Shown here: one piece after another, positions 18,903-27,045 of the stretch
Layout: each line of letters opens with the position of its first letter
Numbering within the stretch: the first letter of the stretch is position 1
Source: an uncultured Desulfobacterales bacterium
Lineage (GTDB): Bacteria; Desulfobacterota; DSM-4660; Desulfatiglandales; HGW-15
Direction of reading: 5' to 3'
DNA: 64,000 bases
Assembly: GCA_964450535.1 (NCBI GenBank)
Contig: CAYVDE010000001.1
Span: forward strand, 50,567 to 114,566
The notes under the pieces: model-generated
The model's database searches: none
What the model saw: only the letters and a program-made list of their open reading frames with translations
Told to the model about the DNA's origin: nothing
Position numbers and translations under genes: made by a program

Positions 18903-20138
18903 TCAGGATATCCTAGAGTCCTGGAATTCCAATATCAAGCAGGAATTCGTCCCTCCGAAACCGGCGGCGTTGCACAGTGCGATTCCGGGGGGTCTTTCCA
19001 GGGCCTCTCTCAGGATATTGAGACTACGGGAGCTGTTATCCGGCTCCTCGAAGTTGATGTTGGGAGCGATAAACCCCTGGCCGGCCATGATCGAGCAGTA
19101 TACCGCCTGGGAGGCCCCCGACATCCAGAGTTCGTGTCCGGTCATGGACTTTGTGGAAGAGACCGGCGGCGTGTGATCGCCGAAAAGGGCGTTGATGCTA
19201 TCCGCTTCGGCCCGGTCCCCCGCCGGAGTGGAGGTGGCGTGTGCGCAAATGTAGTCAATGTCGCGCGGGGTCAACCCTGCTGTCTTCAAGGCCCCCTTCA
19301 TGGCCCTTAAGATACCGTCCCCACCGGGGACCGATATGTGCTCCCCGTCCGAGGAAAAGGCATAGGCCCTTATCTCGCCCAGTACCCGGGCGCCCCGGCG
19401 AACGGCCAGGTCATAGCGCTCCAGGATCAGCGCGGCGGCCCCGCCGCTGGGGACCAGCCCGTCGCGGTTCCGGTCGAACGGCCGGCATGCGGCTTCTGGC
19501 TCATCCACCCTTAGGGAAAAGGCCCCCAGCCCGTCAAAACTGCACATGGATTCCCAGTTGATTTCCTGCGCCCCTCCGCATATGACGCGGTCCTGCTTCC
19601 CGAGGGCGATCAGGTCGGCAGCCTGCCCCACGGCGTGTCCGCCGCTGGCACAGGCCGCGCTTACGGTCCAGCAAGCTCCCCGGGTCTTGAGAATGGTATT
19701 GAGGTTGATGGTTATAGTGGATGTTATGCACTGAAAGGTGAGGCCGCTTCCTATGGACCCGGTGTCCCCGTAGCGAACGAGTCTCTCCACCTGTTCGACG
19801 TTTGCGGTGCAACTCGAATCGCAACCGAAGATCAGCCCTGTCTCGGGATTAGCTATGTCCTCGGGCGACAGCCCGGAGGCTTCCAGGGCGTCCAGTACCG
19901 CCGCATAGGCCTGCTGGGCGAAATCAGGCATGCTCTTGATCTGTTTCCTGGAAAGACGGGTAGAGGAGGGATCGAATCCCTTGACAGCTCCGGTGAGCGG
20001 GCTTCTAAAGCCCAGCTCCCTGCGCCGTTCGTCCACCACAATGCCGGATTCCCCGGCCCGCAACGCCGCACCGACACTGACCGGGTCGCACCCAAGGCAG
20101 GAAACTATCCCGACTCCCGTGATGGCTACACGATGCAT
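18903..20138 (-). CDS. beta-ketoacyl-ACP synthase (KAS I/II type), second copy
   Basis: Catalytic Cys in VSAACASGG. His residues in CAHATST and MTGHELWMSGA. It therefore does not look like a Cys-less CLF. Confidence 0.9.
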   Translation of the reverse strand: MHRVAITGVGIVSCLGCDPVSVGAALRAGESGIVVDERRRELGFRSPLTGAVKGFDPSSTRLSRKQIKSMPDFAQQAYAAVLDALEASGLSPEDIANPETGLIFGCDSSCTANVEQVERLVRYGDTGSIGSGLTFQCITSTITINLNTILKTRGACWTVSAACASGGHAVGQAADLIALGKQDRVICGGAQEINWESMCSFDGLGAFSLRVDEPEAACRPFDRNRDGLVPSGGAAALILERYDLAVRRGARVLGEIRAYAFSSDGEHISVPGGDGILRAMKGALKTAGLTPRDIDYICAHATSTPAGDRAEADSINALFGDHTPPVSSTKSMTGHELWMSGASQAVYCSIMAGQGFIAPNINFEEPDNSSRSLNILREALERPPGIALCNAAGFGGTNSCLILEFQDSRIS

Positions 20139-20182
20139 AAAGCGAAATTCCTTGAAACTTCGGGCAGTTCAATCATCAGCCT

Positions 20183-20950
20183 TCAACCCATGTACATCCC
20201 GCCGTTCACGGACAGGACCTGGCCGGTAATGTAGGAGGCCGCGTCCGAGCACAGGAACCTCACCGCCTCGGCCACCTCTTCGGGTTTGCCGAGCCTTCCT
20301 GCGGGAATCATGGGAAGAATGGTGTCCATGGGCAGGTCCCCGGTCATCCCTGTCTCAATGAATCCGGGGGCCACTGCATTAACCAGGATATTACGGCCGG
20401 CCACTTCCCGTGCCAGCGTCCTGGTGGCCCCGATGAGCCCGGCCTTGGCCGCTGAGTAGTTCACCTGACCGGGCAGGCCCATGAGCCCGGATGTGGATGT
20501 GATGTTTATGATCCGGCCTTCACGCCTGCCGAGCATGGGACGGAGGACAAGCTTGGTCACGTGGAAAAACCCGTCAAGGTTCACGGCCAGTACCTCTTTC
20601 CACTCCTCGTTACTCATCCAGACCATGAGGGAGTCCCGGGTCAGCCCCGCGTTGTTGACCAGGACAAAGGGAGTTTCCAGATCGAGAAGCGGGTCCAGTC
20701 GTTCATGAGCCTCATCAGGGTCAGTCACATCAAAAGGTACGAGGCGGCATACCTTGCCTGTTTCCCGAATCCTCCCGGCCGTCTGCCCCGCAGCCTCATG
20801 ATCCCGCCGGAAATTGAGCCATATGTCGAACCCGTCTCTTGCAAGGGCAAGGGCCACGGCGGCGCCGATACCCCTTCCCCCGCCGGTCACAAGGGCGATC
20901 CTGGGGCCGTCTCGCCGGCCTTTTTCAGCTTTCTTCCGAGTTCTACTCAC
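20183..20950 (-). CDS. fabG: 3-oxoacyl-ACP reductase (SDR, FabG-like; ApeQ-like)
   Basis: VTGGGRGIGAAVA Rossmann motif and YSAAKAGL (YxxxK). Confidence 0.9.
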   Translation of the reverse strand: MSRTRKKAEKGRRDGPRIALVTGGGRGIGAAVALALARDGFDIWLNFRRDHEAAGQTAGRIRETGKVCRLVPFDVTDPDEAHERLDPLLDLETPFVLVNNAGLTRDSLMVWMSNEEWKEVLAVNLDGFFHVTKLVLRPMLGRREGRIINITSTSGLMGLPGQVNYSAAKAGLIGATRTLAREVAGRNILVNAVAPGFIETGMTGDLPMDTILPMIPAGRLGKPEEVAEAVRFLCSDAASYITGQVLSVNGGMYMG

Positions 20951-20970
20951 TGGATGAACCTAAAAATGAT

Positions 20971-21049
20971 AGGTGTTGAGGTGTTAAGGTGTTAAGGTGT
21001 TACACCTACACTTACACACCTACACCACCTACACCTACACCTACACCCC
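20971..21049. repeat. (AGGTGTTR)x4 followed by opposite-orientation CCTACA-type repeats; imperfect long palindrome
   Basis: aggtgttg aggtgtta aggtgtta aggtgtta-cacctaca cttaca cacctaca ccacctaca cctaca cctaca. It fills the gap between the flavin reductase and fabG genes. Confidence 0.85.
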
Positions 21050-21050
21050 C

Positions 21051-21617
21051 TCACCCCCTCTTTCCGATGGAAAAGGCATGCCCCAGAAATTCCCCCAGCC
21101 CGTAGTACTCCCGGCTCTCCGGGGCGAATATCACCGGGCGTACCTTGCTTATATCAGGGATGCCGTCATCCCTGAGAACGCCCTCATCGGCCTTGACGTC
21201 CATGATCTCACCGACAAACTGCGTGTGGAGGCCGAGTTCCACGGTCTTGAACAGCCGGCACTCCAGCACCACCGGGCACTCGTCCACATATGGCGCGTTC
21301 ACCATATCACTTTGGACCGCTGTCAGGCCCACCGCTGCAAACTTGTCCTCCTCACGGCCCGAGGCCATGCCCAGGTAATCCAGCTTCTTGACAATGTCTT
21401 CGGAAGGGATGTTCAAGGTAAAGGCCTTGTGCTCCATTATATGCCCGTAGGTGTAAGTGGCTTTTCTGAGTGAAACGCTCACGCAAGGCGGCTTTGAACA
21501 GCAGATACCGGCCCAGGCGGCGGTCATGGCGTTAGGTTTCATGATCTTGTCATATGTTCCAACTATAAGGGCCGGAGCAGGATAAATAAGGGTTTTTTGG
21601 CCTATTGATTTTTTCAT
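21051..21617 (-). CDS. flavin reductase-like (flavoredoxin-type) FMN-binding protein
   Basis: LIYPAPALIVGTYD...NAMTAAWAG...FTLNIP pattern. Start trimmed to MKKSIG (ATG 21617), which has an AAAGGAAA RBS. Confidence 0.8.
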   Translation of the reverse strand: MKKSIGQKTLIYPAPALIVGTYDKIMKPNAMTAAWAGICCSKPPCVSVSLRKATYTYGHIMEHKAFTLNIPSEDIVKKLDYLGMASGREEDKFAAVGLTAVQSDMVNAPYVDECPVVLECRLFKTVELGLHTQFVGEIMDVKADEGVLRDDGIPDISKVRPVIFAPESREYYGLGEFLGHAFSIGKRG

Positions 21618-21630
21618 TTTGATTTCCTTT

Positions 21631-22479
21631 TTAACTTTTTTCAGTCCTTTTACCAGCAAATCCGGGGTCAGCCGAGCAGAGGATCTCTTCATCCGGCACC
21701 ACGCCCAGGTGTCCGGCAACGGCCCGCAGATCATCTTCCGTCAACCAGGCATTCGGACCGCCGGCAGCGGCCGCCTTGAGGTAAATTTCCGATGCCTTTT
21801 CAACAGCCTCGATGAGGCCTACGGCCTCGTCCAGGGATCGGCCCGCGGCAACCACACCATGAAAAGGCCACACCATCAGCCGCCGCTTTTGAAATCCGCG
21901 GGCCGTGGCCGCGGAAAGGGCCGCGGAACCGGGAAGACACCAGGGAGGGACCTCTATGCCCTCCGGAAAAAGTGCGATGCACTCAGAATGCATGGACCAC
22001 AAAAGCCTTGTCAGGGAAACAGTATCCGGGGTGATGGTGGAGGTCAAGGCAATGACGTTCGGGGCATGCACATGCACCACCGCGGATGCCCCGAACCGGG
22101 CCCCGGCCTCTTGAACGGCCATATGCGATTGAATCTCCGAAGAGGGAGACCCTTCGGGTTCAAACCCCCACAGGACCCGGTACCTCGTCCCATCGCGGTC
22201 GAGCCGGATCACACCGCACCCCTCCCATGGCCGTTCACGAAGGCGCCGGAACAGGCTACCCCTCGCGCTCATGAGAAAGGCCGCATCTCCGAGTTCAGGG
22301 GCGTTCCAGCCCGAGTCAAACCACCCGGAGCCTTCCCTCACATTCTTGACCCCTTTGACCAGCTCAGGGTCTATTCGGACACTCAGGTTGCCGGCACCGT
22401 TCTCGGCCCACCCGTTAAGCCACATATCCCTGGCGCAGCGGACCGTGTCACTGAGGAGCGAATCAAAGGATGCAGGCAT
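21631..22479 (-). CDS. class II aldolase/adducin family protein (RhaD-like)
   Basis: MWLNGWAENGAGNLSVR resembles the RhaD N-terminus. A metal-binding His cluster VVHVHAPN is present. Confidence 0.75.
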   Translation of the reverse strand: MPASFDSLLSDTVRCARDMWLNGWAENGAGNLSVRIDPELVKGVKNVREGSGWFDSGWNAPELGDAAFLMSARGSLFRRLRERPWEGCGVIRLDRDGTRYRVLWGFEPEGSPSSEIQSHMAVQEAGARFGASAVVHVHAPNVIALTSTITPDTVSLTRLLWSMHSECIALFPEGIEVPPWCLPGSAALSAATARGFQKRRLMVWPFHGVVAAGRSLDEAVGLIEAVEKASEIYLKAAAAGGPNAWLTEDDLRAVAGHLGVVPDEEILCSADPGFAGKRTEKS

Positions 22480-22500
22480 TTCAAATACCCCCTAGGGCTT

Positions 22501-22533
22501 TGTAGGTGTAGATGGTGTAGGTGTAGGTGTAGG
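22501..22533. repeat. (TGTAGG)n tandem hexamer, 5 units with one variant
   Basis: tgtagg tgtaga tgg tgtagg tgtagg tgtagg. CTCAACACCTACA lies 50 nt downstream. Confidence 0.85.
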
Positions 22534-22591
22534 GGTCGTGCCCGCACTTCGTTGGGCCTACGTGCTTTTTCTTTGTTTTTTCACTCAACAC

Positions 22592-23266
22592 CTACATCTC
22601 TTCTTCTTTCTTCAAAGCCAGGTCATAAAACCGGTAGAACATTATGGTCAGGGTGGATGAGAGGACCATGAACACCATAGAGCTGAACATGCGGGCGGCG
22701 AGTCCCTGCATGGAAAAGACCGAGAGCACGTAGCTGAAAATAATGTCCGTACCGACCAGCAGGAACGTGAGTATGATTGTGTAGGAAATAATCTCCGCGG
22801 TGAACCCCCTGACACGCTTGTTGCTCCTGAGAAGTGCCTGTACGGGGTTCATCTTCTCGAGCACGACCCCGAACTCGGCGAGTGACAGCCTGGCAAAGAA
22901 AATCAGCCCGGGGATGATCAAGGCCAGAAGCCCGGTGAAGACAATCATTGTACTGATTATGTAAACGGCCAAAAGGTCAATCCAGAAACGAAATCCCGTT
23001 GAAAGGCATTCCCAGAATGAACGCTCTTCTCCTGCCGCAAGCCCTGAAATGAGCCAGATAAGCCCACCGGTGTACAAGGGACGGAACAGGAAATTGATCC
23101 CAAAGGGAAGCCAGAATATCAGGCCGGGAGCCTCTGTTTCCATGACCCTTGAGGCGACCATTGTCTCCAGAAGGATTATCGGAAAGGTAACCGGGACGAG
23201 AAACCACACTATTTCACGAAAAAAGGCCTTGAAAAAAGCAAGGGTCTCGAAAAGTCTCTTGAGCAT
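22592..23266 (-). CDS. multi-pass integral membrane protein of unknown function
   Basis: Five or six hydrophobic helices and clean codon usage. No catalytic motif recognised. Confidence 0.5.
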   Translation of the reverse strand: MLKRLFETLAFFKAFFREIVWFLVPVTFPIILLETMVASRVMETEAPGLIFWLPFGINFLFRPLYTGGLIWLISGLAAGEERSFWECLSTGFRFWIDLLAVYIISTMIVFTGLLALIIPGLIFFARLSLAEFGVVLEKMNPVQALLRSNKRVRGFTAEIISYTIILTFLLVGTDIIFSYVLSVFSMQGLAARMFSSMVFMVLSSTLTIMFYRFYDLALKKEEEM

Positions 23267-23466
23267 GAATCAGCACCGTTTCATCAGGTCTTGGCATATT
23301 TACTGAGAATAGACCCCGGCCGTCCGGGTGTCAAACCCAACTCATGATGGCCTCGTAAAAAGCCCCTCGGGCGTCATTCCGGCGAGAAATACACTCGACA
23401 TCGCCCTTCCCCGCGACTATGATTCTGAGATCATCTCCGGGTGGAAACGAGAGAAGGAGGAGGACC

Positions 23467-23883
23467 ATGGAAGACTGCATCTTCTGCAAAATCGCCCAGG
23501 GCCAACTGCCGTGCCACAAGGTTTATGAAGATGAAAGGGTCATCGCCTTTGAGGACATCAGCCCGGTCTCCGAAGGTCATACCCTCATAATACCAAAACG
23601 GCACGCCGAAAACCTCTTTGAAATCACCGGCGAGGAGCTTACTGCGGTGCACCTGGCCGGCCGGAAGATCGCCGAGGCCATTAAAAAGGCCCTTGCCCCA
23701 GCCGGCATCGCGGTGCTCCAATTAAACGGCCGTGGTGTCAACCAGGTCGTGATGCACTATCACCTTCACCTGATTCCGAGGGCCGCCGGCGGCCCTGCCT
23801 TGCCGGTCAGCCACTGGGATGCGGTGGAGGGGGATCCGGAGGCACTCGCAAGGACCGCCGCGAAGATTGCAGCAGCCCTGTAA
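23467..23883 (+). CDS. HIT (histidine triad) family nucleotide hydrolase
   Basis: CIFCKI N-terminus and the histidine triad HYHLHLIP. ATG 23467 has GAAGGAGGAGG upstream. Confidence 0.9.
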   Translation: MEDCIFCKIAQGQLPCHKVYEDERVIAFEDISPVSEGHTLIIPKRHAENLFEITGEELTAVHLAGRKIAEAIKKALAPAGIAVLQLNGRGVNQVVMHYHLHLIPRAAGGPALPVSHWDAVEGDPEALARTAAKIAAAL

Positions 23884-23944
23884 GCGCGCCGCGTGAAGGG
23901 CAATGCCGGCCACAATCGCGTTCAAGCCGGTTTAGGGGTTAAGG

Positions 23945-24469
23945 CTATTGGACGAGTTCCACGTTCCAGTACAGGTAGTCCCGCCAGGCGGACGGGATCT
24001 GCCTGACGCCTATGGTAATGCGCACGGCGGGGACCCAGGCCGGACGGGACGGCTTCCGAACAAGGCGCATGCCCGCCTCTTCGGGCGTCTTTCCTCCCTT
24101 TTTCCGGTTGCAGGTAACGCAGCACGTAACAATGTTCTTCCATTCGGTCCTGCCCCCGCGCGATCGAGGAAGGACGTGGTCGTAGGTGAGTTCTTCAGTG
24201 GGAAACCGGCGGCCGCAGTACTGGCAGCGGTGCCGGTCCCGGGCGTATATGTTCTGGCGGGAAAAGCGTACCGGACTCTTCGGCCGCTTGACCAGCCGGA
24301 GGAGGCGAACCACCGAGGGGAGTCGGATGGTGACACTGACTGAACGGATATCCCGCCCGTACTCCTCTATCACCTCCACTTTTCCGAGGCAAAGCAGGGT
24401 GATGGCCTTCCTCCAGTCAATGACCTTTAGGGGCTCATAACTCAGATTTAGGAGTAGGACCTGTTCCAT
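23945..24469 (-). CDS. HNH endonuclease
   Basis: CQYCG...YDHVLPRSRGG...NIVTCCVTCNRKK (HNH/zinc-finger pattern). Confidence 0.85.
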   Translation of the reverse strand: MEQVLLLNLSYEPLKVIDWRKAITLLCLGKVEVIEEYGRDIRSVSVTIRLPSVVRLLRLVKRPKSPVRFSRQNIYARDRHRCQYCGRRFPTEELTYDHVLPRSRGGRTEWKNIVTCCVTCNRKKGGKTPEEAGMRLVRKPSRPAWVPAVRITIGVRQIPSAWRDYLYWNVELVQ

Positions 24470-24593
24470 GGTCTGGTCTCTGCGTTTACCGGATCAGCGT
24501 TTGCCCGTAAATCCGTTATGGAAAGGGTTCATCCGCGCGGGCACGCGCTCTTTTTCATAAACAAAAGCGCACGAAAAGACAAGAGAGAAAAGA

Positions 24594-25466
24594 ATGCCTT
24601 TCGCAGGACTCATATTGGGAAGCGCCGCAGCATACCTGTCACTTTCCCTGGCCATGACTTACGGAGTGCACCGGTTTCCCAGAAGGCCCGTGCGGGAATT
24701 GCCGGACTGGGGTCTCGTAACGGACACGCGCATACCGGCCGCCGACGGCGGCTCTTTAGAGGTCTGGCGCGTGGAGCCCGAGGGGGCTCAAAAAGGGGTC
24801 GTCCTCTTGGCCCACGGTTGGAGCAGAAACCGCGACCGCATGGTGGGACGTGCCCGGCTGTTCGGAAAACTGGGATACACGACCCTTATTCACAGCGCCC
24901 GCGACCACGGTGAATCCACACCATACCGTTTCATGAACGCATTTCGTTTTGCCGAAGACATTGAATCGGTCATGGACTGGGCAGGGGGACCTCTTCACCT
25001 GTATGGTCACTCGGCGGGCGCGGCTGGGGCCATCATAGCGGCCCACAGACGACCGGGCATGGTCCGCCTGCTCTTCCTGGAAGGCTGCTACGCCCGCACC
25101 CGCAAGGCCCTTGTCAGTCTTTACGGACACCACATTCCGGTCCTGGGAAAGGCGTTCGCACCGACAGTGGTGGCCTGGATGAACCTTTTTTACAGGGGCC
25201 GAATGGACTGGGTGGACCCGGTCCGGCTGGCCCCTGACCTGGACATACCTGTCCTTCTGATCCACGGGGAAAGGGACGAGGCCTTTCCGCTGGACTATGC
25301 CCGGGAACTCAGGGACGCGTTTCCCGCAGGCCGGGCCGAGTTGTTTGTCGGTCGCGGCTCGAACCACAGTGGCTCCAGCTTGACCCCGGAGTATCCGGAG
25401 GCGATTCGGACGTTTCTGGAGAGGAATGAACAGGCATTAACCCGACACCTGACACCCGACACCTGA
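24594..25466 (+). CDS. alpha/beta-fold hydrolase
   Basis: N-terminal TM segment, nucleophile elbow YGHSAGA, and IHGERDE near the C-terminus. The last 7 codons are encoded by a GACACCY tandem repeat. Confidence 0.75.
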   Translation: MPFAGLILGSAAAYLSLSLAMTYGVHRFPRRPVRELPDWGLVTDTRIPAADGGSLEVWRVEPEGAQKGVVLLAHGWSRNRDRMVGRARLFGKLGYTTLIHSARDHGESTPYRFMNAFRFAEDIESVMDWAGGPLHLYGHSAGAAGAIIAAHRRPGMVRLLFLEGCYARTRKALVSLYGHHIPVLGKAFAPTVVAWMNLFYRGRMDWVDPVRLAPDLDIPVLLIHGERDEAFPLDYARELRDAFPAGRAELFVGRGSNHSGSSLTPEYPEAIRTFLERNEQALTRHLTPDT

Positions 25467-25484
25467 CACCTGACACCCGACACC
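25444..25484. repeat. (GACACCY)x6 tandem heptamer
   Basis: gacacct gacaccc gacacct gacacct gacaccc gacacc. It spans the hydrolase stop codon. Confidence 0.85.
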
Positions 25485-25502
25485 ATTCCAAGGGAGTTTA
25501 AC

Positions 25503-26081
25503 ATGAAAGTACTGGGTATCTACGGAAGCCCCCGAAAAGGGGGAAACACCGATCAGCTCATGGACCAGGTCCTGGAAGGGGCCCGGTCTGCGGGGGGGGA
25601 GATTGACACCGTTTACGCGCGCAAGCTGAAGATGTCCGGGTGCCTGGAGTGCGGGGGTTGCGACGACACGGGCGCGTGCGTTGTCCAGGACGACATGCAG
25701 GACGTGTATCCGCGCATTGAGGAGGCCCGGATCATCTTCCTGGCATCCCCGATCTTTTTCTACGGTCTCACCGCCCAGGCCAAGGCCCTGGTGGACAGGG
25801 CCCAGGCCCTCTGGTCAAAGCGAAAGCTCAACAAGCCCTTTGAGGAGTGGAAGAATTACGAGAGCGGCAGGGGATATCTAATCGCCGCAGGGGCCACGCG
25901 GGGCAAGAACCTTTTCCAGTGCGTCCAGCTCCAGGCCAGGTATTTCTACGACGCCCTGGATATGTCCTACGAGGGAGGCGTCTTCTTTCGCAGGCTTGAA
26001 GACAAAAACGCGGTCCGGGAAAACCCCGAGACACTGAAGGAGGCCTTTGAACTCGGGCTCAGCGCGATGAGGTCAGAGTAG
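25503..26081 (+). CDS. iron-sulfur flavoprotein / NADPH-dependent FMN reductase family
   Basis: MKVLGIYGSPRKGGNT flavodoxin-like start and the compact Cys cluster CLECGGCDDTGAC. Confidence 0.8.
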   Translation: MKVLGIYGSPRKGGNTDQLMDQVLEGARSAGGEIDTVYARKLKMSGCLECGGCDDTGACVVQDDMQDVYPRIEEARIIFLASPIFFYGLTAQAKALVDRAQALWSKRKLNKPFEEWKNYESGRGYLIAAGATRGKNLFQCVQLQARYFYDALDMSYEGGVFFRRLEDKNAVRENPETLKEAFELGLSAMRSE

Positions 26082-26988
26082 CCGCGGCACGGCCCATGGC
26101 CCTCAGATTTGACCGGATCTTCTCGAGACCCGGGCGGGAGAGGGCCGTACGGCCGAAACGGTCCACAAAGGCCTGCTCATCCATTCGGAAGAACTCACGT
26201 GCGGAGGGCAGCGCCACACGGGTTGATTCGTCTTCAGGGTTCAGCGGACACGCCTCCTGGCAGCGGTCACACCCCAGGAAACAGTCCCCCATCTTCTCCG
26301 CCGTCTTTTCGTCCACCTTTCCCTTCCACTCTATGGTCAGGTAAGACAGGCACTTCGAGGCGTCCAACAGGTATGGGGCTTCCAGCGCTCCTGTGGGGCA
26401 GGCGTCCACGCATCGTGTGCAGTCCCCGCAAAGGCTCTCTACGAGGCCTGCGCGCGGAAACGAAATGTCCGCCGTGGTCAGGATCTCCGCCAGAAAAACA
26501 CCGGAACCGACTCCCGGGACGATGAGCATGTTGTTCTTTCCGATGAACCCCAGACCTGCCGCAAAAGCAATGTCCCGCTCCAAAACAGGTGCTGAATCCA
26601 CGCAGGTCCGCGAACGGCTGCCGGGAAAGGCCCGCTGAATCCACTTGCCCAGTTCACCGCAAAGGCGCTTGAGTTCCAGGTGGTAGTCCTCAACATCGGG
26701 CCGGGCGTAGCGTGAGACGGCGAGGCCTTCGGGGGTGGCGGGCTTTTGCCATGAATAGGGCAGTGCAAGGCTTATTATGGTCCTGCAATCCGAAAGGAGA
26801 AGCCCGGGATCCTCGCGCACATCCAGGTTCCTCTCCAGCCAGGCCATGTCCCCGTGCCTGCCTTCCTGCAACCATTTCAGAAAGGCCTCCATGTTGTGAG
26901 GGCGAGCCGGGCGCGAAAACCCCACCGCCGCGAAACCAAGCGAATAGGCCTTTTCAGTGAATTCGGAGAGCAAAGGCGGTTGCTCCAT
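26059..26988 (-). CDS. queG: tRNA epoxyqueuosine(34) reductase
   Basis: GFAAVGF N-terminus and two ferredoxin-type clusters (CGDCTRCVDACPTGA, CDRCQEACP). Confidence 0.85.
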   Translation of the reverse strand: MEQPPLLSEFTEKAYSLGFAAVGFSRPARPHNMEAFLKWLQEGRHGDMAWLERNLDVREDPGLLLSDCRTIISLALPYSWQKPATPEGLAVSRYARPDVEDYHLELKRLCGELGKWIQRAFPGSRSRTCVDSAPVLERDIAFAAGLGFIGKNNMLIVPGVGSGVFLAEILTTADISFPRAGLVESLCGDCTRCVDACPTGALEAPYLLDASKCLSYLTIEWKGKVDEKTAEKMGDCFLGCDRCQEACPLNPEDESTRVALPSAREFFRMDEQAFVDRFGRTALSRPGLEKIRSNLRAMGRAAATLTSSR

Positions 26989-26995
26989 TTTACTG

Positions 26996-27045
26996 TGTAG
27001 GTGTAGGTGTAGGTGTAGGTGTAGGTGTAGGTGACCTCAACACCT
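26996..27045. repeat. (TGTAGG)x6 perfect tandem hexamer followed by CTCAACACCT
   Basis: Read directly. It fills the queG-map intergenic gap. Confidence 0.9.

Noticed and set aside
20997-21473. 158-aa ORF starting MLHLHLHTYTTYTYTYT
   Set aside because: The N-terminus is only the CCTACA tandem repeat read as protein. The rest is antisense to the flavin reductase.
21619-22671. 350-aa plus-strand ORF
   Set aside because: Antisense to the class II aldolase. Its tail is a translation of the TGTAGG repeat (CRCRWCRCRCRG).
23945-24469. HNH endonuclease as a marker of a mobile element or defence island
   Set aside because: There is no flanking intron or intein context, no terminal repeats, no integrase and no neighbouring restriction or defence genes. 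It looks like the common stand-alone small HNH protein.
26996-27031. Possible CRISPR array (this and the other tandem arrays)
   Set aside because: The units are 6-9 nt and directly abutting, with no spacers. There are no cas genes. These are simple-sequence repeats.
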